This document shows positions 1 to 13,401 of a stretch of DNA of 64,000 nucleotides, one piece after another. Under the pieces are notes generated by a model. That model was not told the origin of the DNA, made no database searches, and saw nothing but the letters and a program-made list of their open reading frames with translations. Source of the DNA: Nitrospirales bacterium (lineage in GTDB: Bacteria > Nitrospirota > Nitrospiria > Nitrospirales > UBA8639); the NCBI GenBank assembly GCA_965203295.1, contig CBDBCZ010000018.1, positions 1,792,001 through 1,856,000 on the forward strand. Reading direction: 5' to 3'. The position numbers were made by a program, and so were the translations under genes. Each line of letters opens with the position of its first letter. Position 1 is the stretch's first letter.

Positions 1-2356
1 GGACGAGGAAGGGAGACAGAAGTATCAGGAAGCCCTAAGTGGAGAAGTAGATGGGTTTCAAGGAAGGGTACGCCAATGGAAAACGCAGGGGATGAGGGGA
101 TCAGAATTAGTGAAGGCAGTGGTTCAGGATTGGGGAGATACGGTGAAGAGGGTAGCATCAAAAGAAATTGTGGAAAAGGTGATAGTGTGTGGCAAAGCGG
201 CGAGGTGGTGGGATGGTGAGATTAAAGAGAAGATTAGGTTGAGGAGACAGGTGTATAAGGAGATTAGAAGTGGCAGGGAAGATAAATGGGGGGGAGTATT
301 ACAAATTACGTTCCGAAATCAAGGAATTGGTACGTTAAAAAAATTTGATGGATGGAATGAGGCGATTGAAAAGGCTAATAAAGATTTTCATGAAAACAGG
401 AAAGAGTTTTGGGCATTTTTTGGCAAGACTTCAAAAGGTAGCCGTAAGGGTATTGCCTGTTTGAGGAGTACTTCAGGCTCATGTGTAACCAGTATAAGGG
501 AAAGTTGGAAGTATTACGTGAGCATTATGAAAGGTTGGGTACAGCATTATTGGATGATCTGTTTGATGATAGCTGGAAAGAGCATATAGATAAGAAAATG
601 ACAGAGTACATGTGTATAGCGAAATGTCTAGTTTGCAGAAGGATAAGGTTTTGGATAGAGGGATTAGTTATGCACAAATTAAAAAGTGTTCTGAAAGCCT
701 AAAGAATAATAAAACATGAGGTAATGGTGGGCTAGTTGGGGAACTTTTTATGTACGGTGGCAAAGAGATGGCTAATGATAAATCTGTTGAAAGTCTAATA
801 TGGGGTAGTTTGGACAGAGGAGAGTATTCCTAAACAATGGAGACAAGGGTTAATTGTTAGCTTGTATAAGAAAGGTGATGCTGAGGACCCGGGTAATCAC
901 AGAAACTTTACGCTATTGAATGTGGTAGGAGAGCTGTTTTGCAAGATTCTAAATAATCGCGTAGTAAGAATCAGAAAGGGCTCTCCCTGAGGTTCAGGTA
1001 GGATTTAGAGAGAAAAGGAGTTGTGTTGATAACATCTCTACTCTAAATGAAATTGTACAAGGTAGAATGAGGGAAGGAAAGCACTTACGATTTTTTCTTA
1101 GATGTTCAGAAAGCATTTCACACAGTTTGGCATGATGGTTTATGGTTTATGGTTTAAGTTACGGGAACTAGGGATTAGGGGTAGGATGTGTATGACATCA
1201 CACAGAGTGCTGTTTTACTGGAGGGAGATATATCTGAGCCATTCAATATAGGTCAGGGGTGGTACAGGGTTGTAGCACGTATGTTGCCTATCCTCTTTTC
1301 CATTTCTATTAATCAGTTGTTAGATGAGGTTGAGAAGGCTGGGATTGGCATTACTGTTGAGAAGGATGTTAAGGTTGGGGGTCTTATGTTTGCTGATGAT
1401 TATGTAGGTTTAACTACTAATGCTGAAGACTTACAAGCCTTGATTAATGCAGTGCAGGGATTTTGTAATAAATGGAGGTTGAAATCTAACATAAAAAAGA
1501 GCGCTGTTGTGGTATTTTCTAAAGAGGTTAATACAGGGGCATGTACATGGAAGTGGGGAAATAAAGACATTCCAGAGGTTGTAAGTTACTGTTACTTGGG
1601 GATTGAATTTGCTAATAATGGTTCATGGGATAGTCATGTACAAAAGGTAATAAATAGTGGAAAGAAAAAACTGAATCAATTACACAGGTTTTTAAGTAAT
1701 AGGAATATCAGTAGAGCTGCAAGAAGTGTCGGTACTTCGCCCTACTTTAGAATGTGGTAGTGAAGTGTAAGCTTGTAATAAACGGCAAATAGCTTTTTGG
1801 AGTCTATTAGGATCAGCTAAAAAGATACTTGGCTGCTCTTCTAAAGCGTGTAATGAAGCAGTAAGGAGGGATATGGGGTCAGAATCTTTGAAAGGCAGAA
1901 GGGATAGATGCAAACATTAAGTGGTGGTATAAAGTCAATCATTTGGATGCTGAGAGATATCCTAGACTACTACTAGACAGTGACTGGGAAGTGAAGCCAC
2001 ATAGAGGTAGGCAGAGGAAGACCTGGAGGAAAAGTAATTAGTGAATTGTTGCTGCAGTTAAATCTAGACAGTCAGGAACTACTAGCTGAAGATTATAATG
2101 TAAACTTGTTTTCAGAGAGAGTAGATGAAGCATTGAGATACAGAGAATATACAGACTTTAATGATGGCTTAAGTTAAACTGAGTCTTTACAAGTCTTTTT
2201 GTAAGGAAATAGAATTAATTGCAGTGGGTTGGGGATCTAGGAACACGATAGATGTTTAAGTTTAGATCTGGTACTAATGGCCTGAATGAAGAATTAGGAA
2301 GATATATAGGGTGAAAATGATGATAGGCAGTGTAAGTTATGTTGGGGAAAATGTGA
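1..2356 (+). mobile_element. Decayed non-LTR retrotransposon (LINE) ORF2: reverse transcriptase and C-terminal region, possibly RTEX-like; 5' part lies outside the window
   Basis: Frameshifted ORFs (92-589, 1188-1760 and between) give typical LINE RT motifs: IVSLYKKGD..DPGN.R..TLL, QVGFR..RSCVDN, FFLDVQKAF.TVWH, LMFADDYVG, YCYLG, RGRQRKTW, and C-terminal FKFRSGTNGLNEELGR followed by CKLC. Many stops and indels. Confidence 0.92.
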
Positions 2357-2894
2357 CTACCATCCACTACTCCCTCATTTTGGCCAACACAGAGGAGACT
2401 CCATCGGCTCCAACAGCCCAGATCCACCACCCCCAGCCAATAAGCTACACAAGTGGAGGGGAACCATAACTGATGGGACGAGCATCGCTCATCACAATGG
2501 CTAAGGCTGACCACCACAAGGCCAACCAACATACCCACTTTCTTACCCACTGCTGACAAAACATCATTTATCCCCAAACCCAAACATACCTCCCAAAGTG
2601 ATTTCGTTAGGGATATCAATAAATTAGCATCTACTGTGTAACTACAATACAAGAAGTTTGCCCAAACTAAAACACCTAGGTCTGAGTTCCGTAGACCAGG
2701 GAGCTACGTAGCCCCACCAACCAGGAAACTGAAAATAGACGATTTTGTTGTTAAAAGTCAGATTCCAACTAAGGGCTATTGAATACACTCAGAGTAGTAG
2801 AAACACGACCTCAACAGTATTGGTACACTTTTAGATGTGGTACTACAGAATATATAACATAATGGATTTCATGATCACTTTTACTTCCGTCACT

Positions 2895-3230
2895 TTTATG
2901 GGTATTTCAGTGCCTTGTAAATGGCCCCAACACATGCAAACATCTTCATGGGTAACTTAGAAACTAGACTCTTAGAGAAAGGAGGGGTAAAGATCCTCCT
3001 ATGGAAGAGATTTCTTGATGTATTCATCATCTGGACTGGCTCCCAGGAGGAATTCATTGACACAACAGCAACTATCAATTTCAACCTACTAACAAGCAAT
3101 TATGTGCACACCACATCATTTCACCCCCCTAAAGCTGGTAAATCCATTAAAATAGAGGAGACTACTAGGGATATCTACAAACTAATTCTAATGAATCTAA
3201 CTTTACAACAATGATCGACCAATTTCCTAG
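2895..3230 (+). mobile_element. Penelope-like element reverse transcriptase remnant
   Basis: ORF 2921-3214 reads MAPTHANIFMGNLE...LLWKRFLDVFIIW, matching the Penelope-type RT pattern MAPxYANIFMxxLE...WxRYIDDIFxIW; heavily deleted. Confidence 0.7.
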
Positions 3231-3795
3231 TAAACTAGGATAATCTGATGTACAAGAGAAACAGGAAAGGGCCTAAAGCATCTTTAAGCATGGTTACAAC
3301 TACAACATGAACAATGGCTAATCATTGATATATCTCTAACAGACATACATGTATGTACATGTGGATCGACAAATGTGACCTGCTGTGTAACAACCAGTAC
3401 TTTCGAATAAGTCAATTTTATGATACGTAACTATGCACAAACTAACTGAAATGTGAGTAGTTTTATGTGTGGCATTGCTGCCATGACAATACATACCAAT
3501 TTTAGTACATGCATGTATTGCCACACTATTGACCCAGACATGAATTTCATGCCATAGACTTTGCAGTATTCGCAATCGCGGCAATGCTATGAAAATGGCA
3601 GTGCTACATGTACGAAAAGCAACTTGTACTGTACCAATCCATTCTCACTACTGTTGATGACAATTGTCCAAGTGCTGGATTTTCACACAGCAGGTCACAT
3701 AGAACTTCTCCACAGTAATAAGTGTAAGTTACACAGGAGGAAAAGGAAATTATATATCCTTACATATCTCTCTTCAGAGTGTAGTTTAATCTTAC

Positions 3796-4656
3796 TCGAA
3801 ATTGTGTGGTAGTGCTAGCAGTTCCCCAGATGCAAAGGCTGGTAAACCACGAGGGGTCCTTATGTCCGCTTCCATTTCATCTTGCACTGCTGTACCTACA
3901 TGTAAGTACATGCACAGGCACAGCAATGTTAAAAAAACAGATGTACTCAGATGTACGTACATGTGGAAAACAAGCAAGAAACTTATCTTCAGAACTACAT
4001 AACTGGCCGAGTAAGAGAGGCTAGTACTGAAAATGTCATAGTTTGTAATTAGGGTGGATTTATCAAGCTCCTTCTTGAGCTTACATGTACATGTACTACA
4101 GTATTGCTGATCAACGTGCGATGAACGCTGTTAGATTAATTGTTAAGAAAATGAATTATGTATAAAAATGTTATCAGGCAGTTATCTATGGTAGAACAGC
4201 AAAATGTTTACATGCACTACAAGAAGCACACTGAGACTATGCAGAAACAGGAGGAACTGAGTTTAGTCAGAAGCTGTAGTAATACGTAATCAAACTAGCT
4301 GTAGACTTTCAGTATAACCACATACAATAAGTAATCACAAATGGCTGCATATTACAATTCTACTTTACCATACAGTTAGTGTCAGTCATAGTAGAATTTA
4401 CTAGAGCAGTTAACAATCAAGATCACAGCCTCTTTACTTTGTCTGCAATTAAGTCACTTAGCCTGCTAAAATTTAATGGATTGAATTTAATTGGCCTGTT
4501 TTCAGCCCCTGACATCTCAAAATTCATTGCGTCAGAAATACTGGAATGGGTTCATTATATAATGAGTAATATGCTGACTGTACTCACCCAGCATGTTCCA
4601 TGGTTCTTCCAGCACTGGAACCGACGTCATTAGAGACGACTTTGTCAGCCGCATAA
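3796..4656 (-). pseudogene. Four-exon fragment of an OAS-like (2'-5' oligoadenylate synthetase / nucleotidyltransferase-fold) gene, copy 1
   Basis: AG/GT-bounded exons 4656-4588, 4540-4438, 4079-3983 and 3895-3796 have compatible phases (2-2, 2-0, 0-1, 1-2). They splice to YAADKVVSNDVGSSAGRTMEHAGISDAMNFEMSGAENRPIKFNPLNFSRLSDLIADKLKKELDKSTLITNYDIFSTSLSYSASYVVLKISTAVQDEMEADIRTPRGLPAFASGELLALPHNF. Family assignment is by eye from motifs. Confidence 0.5.
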
Positions 4657-4666
4657 CTGTATGCAG

Positions 4667-5022
<356 letters not shown>

Positions 5023-5035
5023 TGTGTGTGTGTCG

Positions 5036-5098
<63 letters not shown>

Positions 5099-5367
5099 GT
5101 GTGTATGGGTGATGTGTGTCGCATGTGTATGTGTGTATGCGGTGTTCTAGTTTCACCGAACAGTGGGGACAAAGCTGATCAGAGGTTTTGGGGGCTCAAG
5201 GCAAGCCTAATGATTTTGTTATGCCCACGTGTGTGCGTGTATGTTATGATAGATAAAGACAGTCACATGTGTTTGCAGGGGGTGTTTTGGAGTGCACCAT
5301 GTGTGTGTAGTGGATGCAGTTTAATGCTTCTTTGTGCACACAGGTCTTTGTTTATACATATATGTAT

Positions 5368-6470
5368 AAGTGTAAGTGTGTTTTCCTTCCCTAATTGTGC
5401 GTTGTATGATTTCATTTCGAGATAAAATGATATCAAACCAACTCCTTTTGAAACTCTCTAAATCCTACCTGACCCTCATGAAGAAGCCTTTTTGATTCTA
5501 ATCTGATTACTAAGCGGTTATTTAGAATCTTGCAAAACCTACCACATTTAATTAATAGTGCAATGCCTTTGTAATTACCCGGGTCCTCAGCATCACCTTT
5601 TTTATACAAGTTAACAATTGACCCTTGTCTGCGGAATAGTCTCCTCTGTCCAAACTACTTCATACAAACTTTCAACAGATTAGACATTCCTTCGCCACCG
5701 TACTTAAAAAGCTCCCCAACTAGCCCATCATTACCTTCTGCTTTTTATTCTTTAGGCTTTTAGAACATCTTTTAATTTCTGCTTAGCTACCAACCTTGAC
5801 TATTCCAGCTTATAGTATTCTCTATACCTCAAAGCCCCATCTACTATCTCAGTAATCTTCAGTACCTCTACACAGTTTCATTTCCCACTCTTGACTCTAT
5901 ATACGTAACCACCACTTAAGTTTGCACTTATTCCTCCTGCCTTTCAAAGATTCTACCCCTATATCTTCCTTTATTGTTTCATTGCATATTTATTTGAATT
6001 TTTAGAAGAGCAGCCAAGTATCTTTTAGCTGCTCCTACGTAGCTGAATAGATTCTAAAGAAGCTGTCTCCATATTAAGCCCACACTTCACTACCATACTC
6101 TAAAGTGGGGCAAAGTAACAAAATTAACACTCCAACTGTATTGATATTTCTAAGTTTTTGCTTTCCACTTTTAATTACCCTCTGTACATGATTGTATCAT
6201 GACCATTATTGACAATTCAATGACCAAATAACAGTAACTTGCAACCCTTTTATCTCCCCACTTCCATGTACATGTACCTGAACAATTAACCTCTCTAGAA
6301 AAATCATAACGGCACTCTTTTTTAATGTTAGACTTCAACCTTAGTTTATTACAAAATTCTTATACTATGTTTGTAAGTCCTCAGCAGTAGTAGTTACATT
6401 AGACCCCCACTCTTATTAACATCATACTTAATAGTTATTCCAATCCCAGCGTTATCTAATTGATGATAAA
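5368..6470 (-). mobile_element. Antisense fragments of the same LINE family as 1-2356
   Basis: Reverse complement matches the RT region (e.g. ggtgatgctgaggacccgggtaat; aaaagatacttggctgctcttcta). Confidence 0.85.
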
Positions 6471-6471
6471 T

Positions 6472-6786
6472 ACAAGTCTATCAATACAGTTCTATATAAA
6501 CACGTGTTTAGAACCCACATACATGCCAGCCCTCGGTGGCAATCGAGTGTTTGACTCTATTAAAAATGGTGGGCCTTACCCGGTTAAATAAGAAAGAGTG
6601 GAGAGTAGAAACCGCTTTTGGTATAGCTATCAGGTACCCAAATTTAAAGGTCGGATTTAGCGATTGTTAAACCCTGTAAATCGCTAGATTGCAATTTATT
6701 TCATTGTACAGACAGACGACAGACAGACAGACAGACAGACAGACAGAACCAATTGCTTAACCTTGCCGCATATGCATGGGGTAAAA
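6472..6786 (-). mobile_element. Helentron-associated non-autonomous element (HINE/DINE-1-like); copies at ~21072-21382 and ~33017-33295
   Basis: Minus strand starts ttttaccccatgcatatgcggcaagg, followed by a (GTCT)n microsatellite, and ends ...agacttgt like the element at 10882-11325. Confidence 0.55.
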
Positions 6787-8289
6787 ATGGAAAATAGAAT
6801 AGGTGACATACTACGTACAACCCTGTTCCACCCCTGGCCTACATCTGATTTTTCTCCATCCAAGGCCAGAAATGTGGCTTATGGTTTATGTTATGGTTAG
6901 GAGTAGGTGGGCCTTACCCTGAGCATGCAAACTTAAGGTTCTGTGATGTGCCAGTGAATATGTAAGATCATAGGAGGGCATCTACATAATTACAAAGAGA
7001 AACTGAGCTAAACAAGTCAGCTGCCACATGAATACAGCTACATGGTAAGAGCGGAACAAACAAGAGCATATACGTACAAGGGTATAATAGTGAAATGTCT
7101 AGTTCGCAGTTTTTGAATCAAACAGACGACTGGTCAAACGTACACTCTAATAACTCCCACACTATAGATCTATGTGTGCATTTTAATAGATCAATAATTA
7201 TATCATGCCAAGTTCATGGAAACTGGAGGGGCACCTTAATTAACCCTAGAACAGTAGCTACACAATCATGCCACTCACATGCCAGTTTGATGTAGCTTCC
7301 TGACTGCAACAGATTGCATTTATGTCAGTACAGAAATTTGAAATATCACTGACCTGTGTGGTAGAGGTTTGCAAAGCTGAAAACTTTATTGTGTAACAGA
7401 TTGTAATGGGCAAAGGAGTGTTTCTTATATGAAAGGCCTTGCAATTGAAAACATACAGCTGTAGAATATTCATAGCGTCTGGCTCACTAAAGTAGTTTCA
7501 CAAGCCAGCCCACTTACATTCTACAGCATCCATCACTTACAGTATTGGCATGTGGAAGAGACATGTGCTGATAGCCTGATGCTGACACTCTTCCACATGC
7601 CATGCTGATACTGAAACTAATGGGTTTGATTCTGTGACTACCACTGAAGTTACCACGTGCCCTTAACAGAGACAAGAAAAGTACAAGTGTAGGCCAGAGC
7701 AAGTTGTCACCCCACCCCACCAATGCCCCACAGCCCATGCACAGATGACACTCAAATCTACTTCTACAACAAATGTACACTTGTTTACACAACTGTGTGA
7801 ACAAACAAATATAACTAGGAGTTAAGATGCAAAAAGCCTTGTGTCAAAGTACCATTTGGTAAGTGTTCTACAAATACCTGTCCAATCCTACTAATGCATT
7901 TCTTCTGATTTGAAAGTATGTCCACGTATGTAATAGGGCCAATGCTCTGTAAGTATACAAACATACTATCATAAGTGAAGTACAAAGAACTAAAACACTG
8001 ACAGCTATTTGGGCTTTGTCAGTACGGTGATGGTGTGTGTAGCACCTAGAGCTGACCAGTAGCTACATACAGCTCTTAATTTGACTCACACCAGGAAAGC
8101 CTCCACGAATTAAAAGTGAACAAAGGTTTTACTGTAGTTTAGCTTTTCTCTGGTCTCCTAATCCTTCAATTACAATAGAAAAACAACTGATAAACATGAT
8201 TTCCTAAGTCAACCCAAAAGTTAGCAACACCCAACTGCCAGACACTGAAGCCAGACCCACTAATTTTCTCCAGCCCAGTTTAATCTTAC

Positions 8290-9131
8290 TCGAAATTGTG
8301 TGGTAGTGCTAGCAGTTCCCCAGATGCAAAGGCTGGTAAACCACGAGGGGTCCTTATGTCCGCTTCCATTTCATCTTGCACTGCTGTACCTACATGTAAG
8401 TACATGCACATGCACAGCAATGTTAATAAACAAAGGTAAAATTTTATTCATGCATGGTAATATGGTATAATGAGCCTCAGATGTACGTACATGTGGAAAA
8501 CAAGCTAGTTTGTAATTAGGGTGGATTTATCAAGCTCCTTCTTGAGCTTACATGTACATGTACTACAGTGTATATTGCTGATCAACGTGCGATGAACGCT
8601 GTTAGATTAATTGTTAAGAAAATGAATTATGTATAAAAATGTTATCAGGCAGTTATCTATGGTAGAACAGCAAAATGTTTACATGCACTAGAAGAAGCAC
8701 ACTGAGACTATGCAGAAACAGGAGGAACTGAGTTTAGTCAGAAGCTGTAGTAATACGTAATCAAACTAGCTGTAGACTTTCAGTATAACCACATACAATA
8801 AGTAATCATAAATGGCTGCATATCACAATTGTACTTTACCATACAGTTAGTGTCAGTCATAGTAGAAATTACTAGAGCAGTTAACTATCAAGACCACAGC
8901 CTCTTTACTTTGTCAGCAATTAAGTCACTTAGCCTGCTAAAATTTAATAGATTGAATTTAATTGGCCTGTTTTCAGCCCCTGACATCTCAAAATTCATTG
9001 CGTCAGAAATACTGGAATGGGTTCATTATACAATGAGTATCAAATATACTGACTGTACTCACCCAGCATGCTCCATGGCTCTCCCAGCACTGGAACCGAC
9101 GTCATTAGAGACGACTTTGTCAGCCGCATAA
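8290..9131 (-). pseudogene. OAS-like exon cluster, copy 2 (third exon largely deleted)
   Basis: Near-identical to 3796-4656; exons 9131-9063, 9011-8909 and 8389-8290; deletion near 8505. Confidence 0.45.
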
Positions 9132-9141
9132 CTGTATGCAG

Positions 9142-9330
<189 letters not shown>

Positions 9331-9691
9331 TATGTATGGGTGATGTGTGTCGCATGTGTATGTGTGTATGCGGTGTTCTAGTTTCACCGAACAGTGGGGA
9401 CAAAGCTGATCAGAGGTTTTGGGGGCTCAAGGCAAGCCTAATGATTTTGTTATGCCCACGTGTGTGTGTGTATGTTATGAGATAAAGACAGTCATGTGTT
9501 TGCAGGGGGTGTTTTGGAGTGCACCATGTGTGTGTAGTGGATGCAGTTTAATGCTTCTTTGTGCACACAGGTCTTTGTCTATACATATATGTACTGTCTT
9601 TATCAGATTTGAGTGATATATTCAGTAAGCTAAGCCTGATTTTAGCAGCTGAGATAGTATAGCTGTAGTCAGAGCTATCATCAGATATATC

Positions 9692-10030
9692 TATTATTAC
9701 ACCTGGTTGTGTCCGTTCGTGTGTTCGTTCATGTGTGTGTGTGTGTGTGCGTACGTGTGAAAAACGGAAACGGAAGCCGCATGCGCGCGCTCCCGGATGC
9801 ACCTTCGACCTGTGACCAGTTCACGGTCACAGGTCAAAGTACCACGTGCCTGTATGTGAAGTGCGAGAAGATGCTAGCTCTTTCCAGCGACTACAAGATT
9901 TAGTCTCGTGATGTCAGGCACTTTAACACAAAGGTTAGTTGCGGTATATAGTCCTAGCTGTAAGTGAAAGCCAAGCAGAGATATAAGTGCTATGCTAGGC
10001 TAACCATGTCGATGTGCATTAGATGGAGTC
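9692..10030 (+). mobile_element. Interspersed repeat with 5' microsatellite, probably HINE-like; second copy at ~32020-32370
   Basis: tattattac(a/g)cctggttgtgtc, then (gttc)n/(gt)n, then gtgtgaaaaacggaaacggaagccgcatgc, shared between two non-paralogous contexts. Confidence 0.5.
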
Positions 10031-10399
10031 GGTGCCGTTCGCCTGCATGTAATGAGTCTGTAGGACAACAGGCAGACAGGCACACACGTTATCTAATAGG
10101 TAACTATTCTGTAGGTCCACACAAGTGGCCCACTACCACATGGAAACATCACTGTGGTCATGTACTTTGATTCTGCAAGAAACAATGCGAATGTAGCTAG
10201 GTCTACATGATATGTGAACTTAGTTACAGGAAATTACAAAAGTGATCGAGTGTCAGTGTAATAAATTGCCCTACTTGGTACCGTTTGATAAACATCTGTG
10301 TGATTTCTGTTGGTTGATCGACATGAAGACAGCACGTATATACCGAAACCTTCTCACAACACTGTGTAAGTGATTAAGTTTTTTCCTTTCACGATCACA

Positions 10400-11510
10400 A
10401 TCTCTACATGTCTATCCACTGAACCATTATTAACAAATTCAATCCCCAAGAAACTGTAACTTGAAACCCTTGAATGTACCTGTATCAACCTCTATGGAAA
10501 ACACCATAAATTCCTGTACTAAATTAATCAACGTTTGTAAGTCCGCAGTATTTGTAATTAAACCTACAAAATTATCAGCAAACATTAGACCCCCAACATA
10601 TAACATCAGTCTTAATAGTTATGCCAATCCCAGCCTTTGTGATCTCATCTAACAACTGATTGGAAAATACATGCAGGATAGGAGACATATTACAACCCGT
10701 ACCACCCGACCTATATTGGATGATTTGGATTTTAATCCCTCCAGTAAAACAGCACTCTGTGCTATGTCATACATAGTCTTAATAATTATCTCTCCACATC
10801 CTACTTAGAATCTTGCAAAATCTACCACATTCAATAGTGCATTCAATGCCTCTGTAATTACCCGGGTCATCAGCACCTTTTTACCAGCCGGAGCGCGTGC
10901 AGCACGTGAACGGCTGGTCCTAAGATTGCTTCACGCTTTTCGCGTCTGTGAGTTTGTCTGTTCGTGCGTCTGCACTTACCACGTGCGCAGTATATTACGT
11001 CATACGTTACTATGCAACTGCCGTGTATAGCTACAGCAAATGAAGGTTGTTGTGTGTTGCCTAGATGGCGAAAACGTGGTAGGAAGCCGTAAAGATTCTG
11101 TTTTCGCGACATATAGCTACTAACTGGAAGCACACAACGAAACTGACGACTCAGCACTTTCGCTGTACAGAGTTACGTAGATTGCTTAGTTTCTTCAGCT
11201 CAGCATAGTTACTATAATTTGTAGTTCTACAGTTGCAGTTACTTTGGCCTAAGCTGAGTTGTGTATTGTACGGGAAAAGTGGGAAAGGTTCCCGGCTAGT
11301 TTTTAGACATGAAATGTCAGACTTGTTTATACAAGCTAACAATTGACCCTTGTCTGCGGAATACTCTCCTCTGTCCAAACTACTTCATATAAACTTTCAG
11401 CAGATTAGCCATTCCTTCGCCACCGTACTTAAAAAGCTCCCCAACTAGCCCATCATTACCTTCTGCTTTTTATTCTTTAGACTTTTAGAACATATCTTTT
11501 GAGTTCTGCA
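10400..11510 (-). mobile_element. Antisense LINE RT fragments interrupted by a HINE
   Basis: Paralogous to 19480-20420 and homologous to 700-1650 in reverse. Confidence 0.8.
10882..11325 (+). mobile_element. Complete Helentron-type non-autonomous element (HINE)
   Basis: 5' subterminal IR accagccgg (10883-10891) with nearby partner cggctggt (10911-10918); degenerate GTCT microsatellite; 3' IR ccggctagt (11292-11300); 3' hairpin gacat-gaa-atgtc (11306-11318). Inserted in a T-run of a LINE that is uninterrupted in the paralogs at ~5597 and ~20228. Confidence 0.75.
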
Positions 11511-12714
11511 TATGTACCTACCAACTCGCGCTGAATATCTGTCAATGAACATAAATGATCCTGAAGGAATATCTGTTATTTGTGCGTCTATACTATTACT
11601 ACGGTCAATGAACGTCAATGACCCTGAAGGGTTGATATGAGCATGAGAGGTGTATGTCCCCGTATTACCAACAATAATACCATTGTGCTAAGAGCTGGAC
11701 AAACAAGAGCATATACGTACAAAGAAAGTGACAAGGGTATAGTGAAATGTCTAGTTCGCAGTTTTGAAATCAAACAGACGACTGGTCAAATGTACACTTT
11801 AATAACGTCCACACTATAGATCTATGTGTGCAGTTTAATAGATCAATAATTATATCATGCCAAGTTCATGGAAACAGGAGGGGCACCTTAACCCTACAAC
11901 AGTAGCTACACAATCATGCCACTCACATGCCAGTTTGATGTAGTTTCCTGACTGCAACAGACTGCATTTATGTCAGTATAGAAATTTGAAATAGCACTGA
12001 CCTGTGTGGTAGAGGTTTGCAAAGCTCAAAACTTTATTGTGTAACTGCTTGTAATGGGCAAAGAGTGTTTCTTATATGAAAGGCCTTGCAATTGAAAACA
12101 TACAACTGTGGAATATTCATAGCGTCTGGTTCACTAAAGTAGTTTCACAAGCCAGCACACTTACATTCTACAGCATCCATCACTTACAGCATTGGCATGT
12201 AAAAGAGACATGTGCTGATAGCCTGATGCTGACACTCTTCCACATGCCATGCTGATACTGAAAGTAATGGGTTTGATTCTGTGACTACCACTGAAGTTAC
12301 CACTGCCCTTAACAGAGACAAGAAAAGTACAAGTGTAGGCCAGAGCAAGTTGTCACCTCACCCCACCCCACCCATGCCCCACAGCCCATGCACAGGTGAC
12401 ACTCAATCTGTGTGGCATAATTCACACTCCCAACAGGCAGAATGGAGCTAAATGTAGACAGAAGCTGCCCAGAGCTTTGTTTAGCCAATTAATAACACTA
12501 TGCTAAAGGAGATGTAGAATCGACTTACCCGGTAGTATACGGTTGGTACATATGTACACATATGCATGGTTCTTGCCACACTAATTATTCTACACTCAAA
12601 CATTACATTTATCCCCCACATTATAATTTTACACTGCCTCCTAGCCCTGCACCCAAATACTGGTATTCTTAAACCTCTGTTAGCATCAGTTTTTTACATT
12701 TCAAATGGACTTAC

Positions 12715-12802
12715 TCTTCCTCTTTATTTTCAAGCTTGTTCAGATTAACAGCTTCACAGCCCGCAGCAGGGTCAAACTTTACAACTTCTGAGTACATTGG
12801 AC
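12715..12802 (-). pseudogene. Orphan exon (G)PMYSEVVKFDPAAGCEAVNLNKLENKEE; decayed second copy near 23288-23375
   Basis: ctacag acceptor, gtaagt donor, only one open frame; no neighbouring exons identified. Confidence 0.45.
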
Positions 12803-13401
12803 CTGTAGTGGTGTTCTGGATCTGAACTTCAAGAAGAATATCATCCTGCGTGGTTTATTATGCAGTTCATTATTCACAAGCCATCAACTACGTACATAAT
12901 TACGTGGCCTCATTCCCAGGCACTCTGAAAATACATAGTGTGGGGGATACAAGCTACTATGGGAACAGGGTTAGTGTACTTTATACATTTTCTTGAGATG
13001 GTCTGTTAAAATGAGCAGAGTGTTTGATCTTGTCTAGTACGTAGTACTAACTGAAATGTGAGTAGTTTTATAGGTGGCATTGCTGCCATGACAATACATA
13101 CTAATGTTAGTACATGTATGTATTGCCACACTATTGACCCAGACATGAATTTCCATGCCATAGAGTTTGCAGTATTCTCAATCGCGGCAATGTTATGAAA
13201 ATGGCAGTGCTACATGTACCAAAAGCAACTTGTACTGTACCAATCCATTCTCACTACTGTTGATGACAATTGTCCAAGTGCTGGATTTTCACACAGCAGG
13301 TCACATAGAACTTCTCCACAGTAATAAGTGTACGTTACACAGGAGGAAAAGAAAATTATATATCCTTACATATCTCTCTTCAGAGTGTAGTTTAATCTTA
13401 C

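Noticed and set aside
3561..3812. Recurrent plus-strand ORFs (MQYSQSRQ..., MSAIKSLS...)
   Set aside because: They recur only because the DNA is duplicated; they use non-ATG starts and are antisense to better-supported minus-strand exons.
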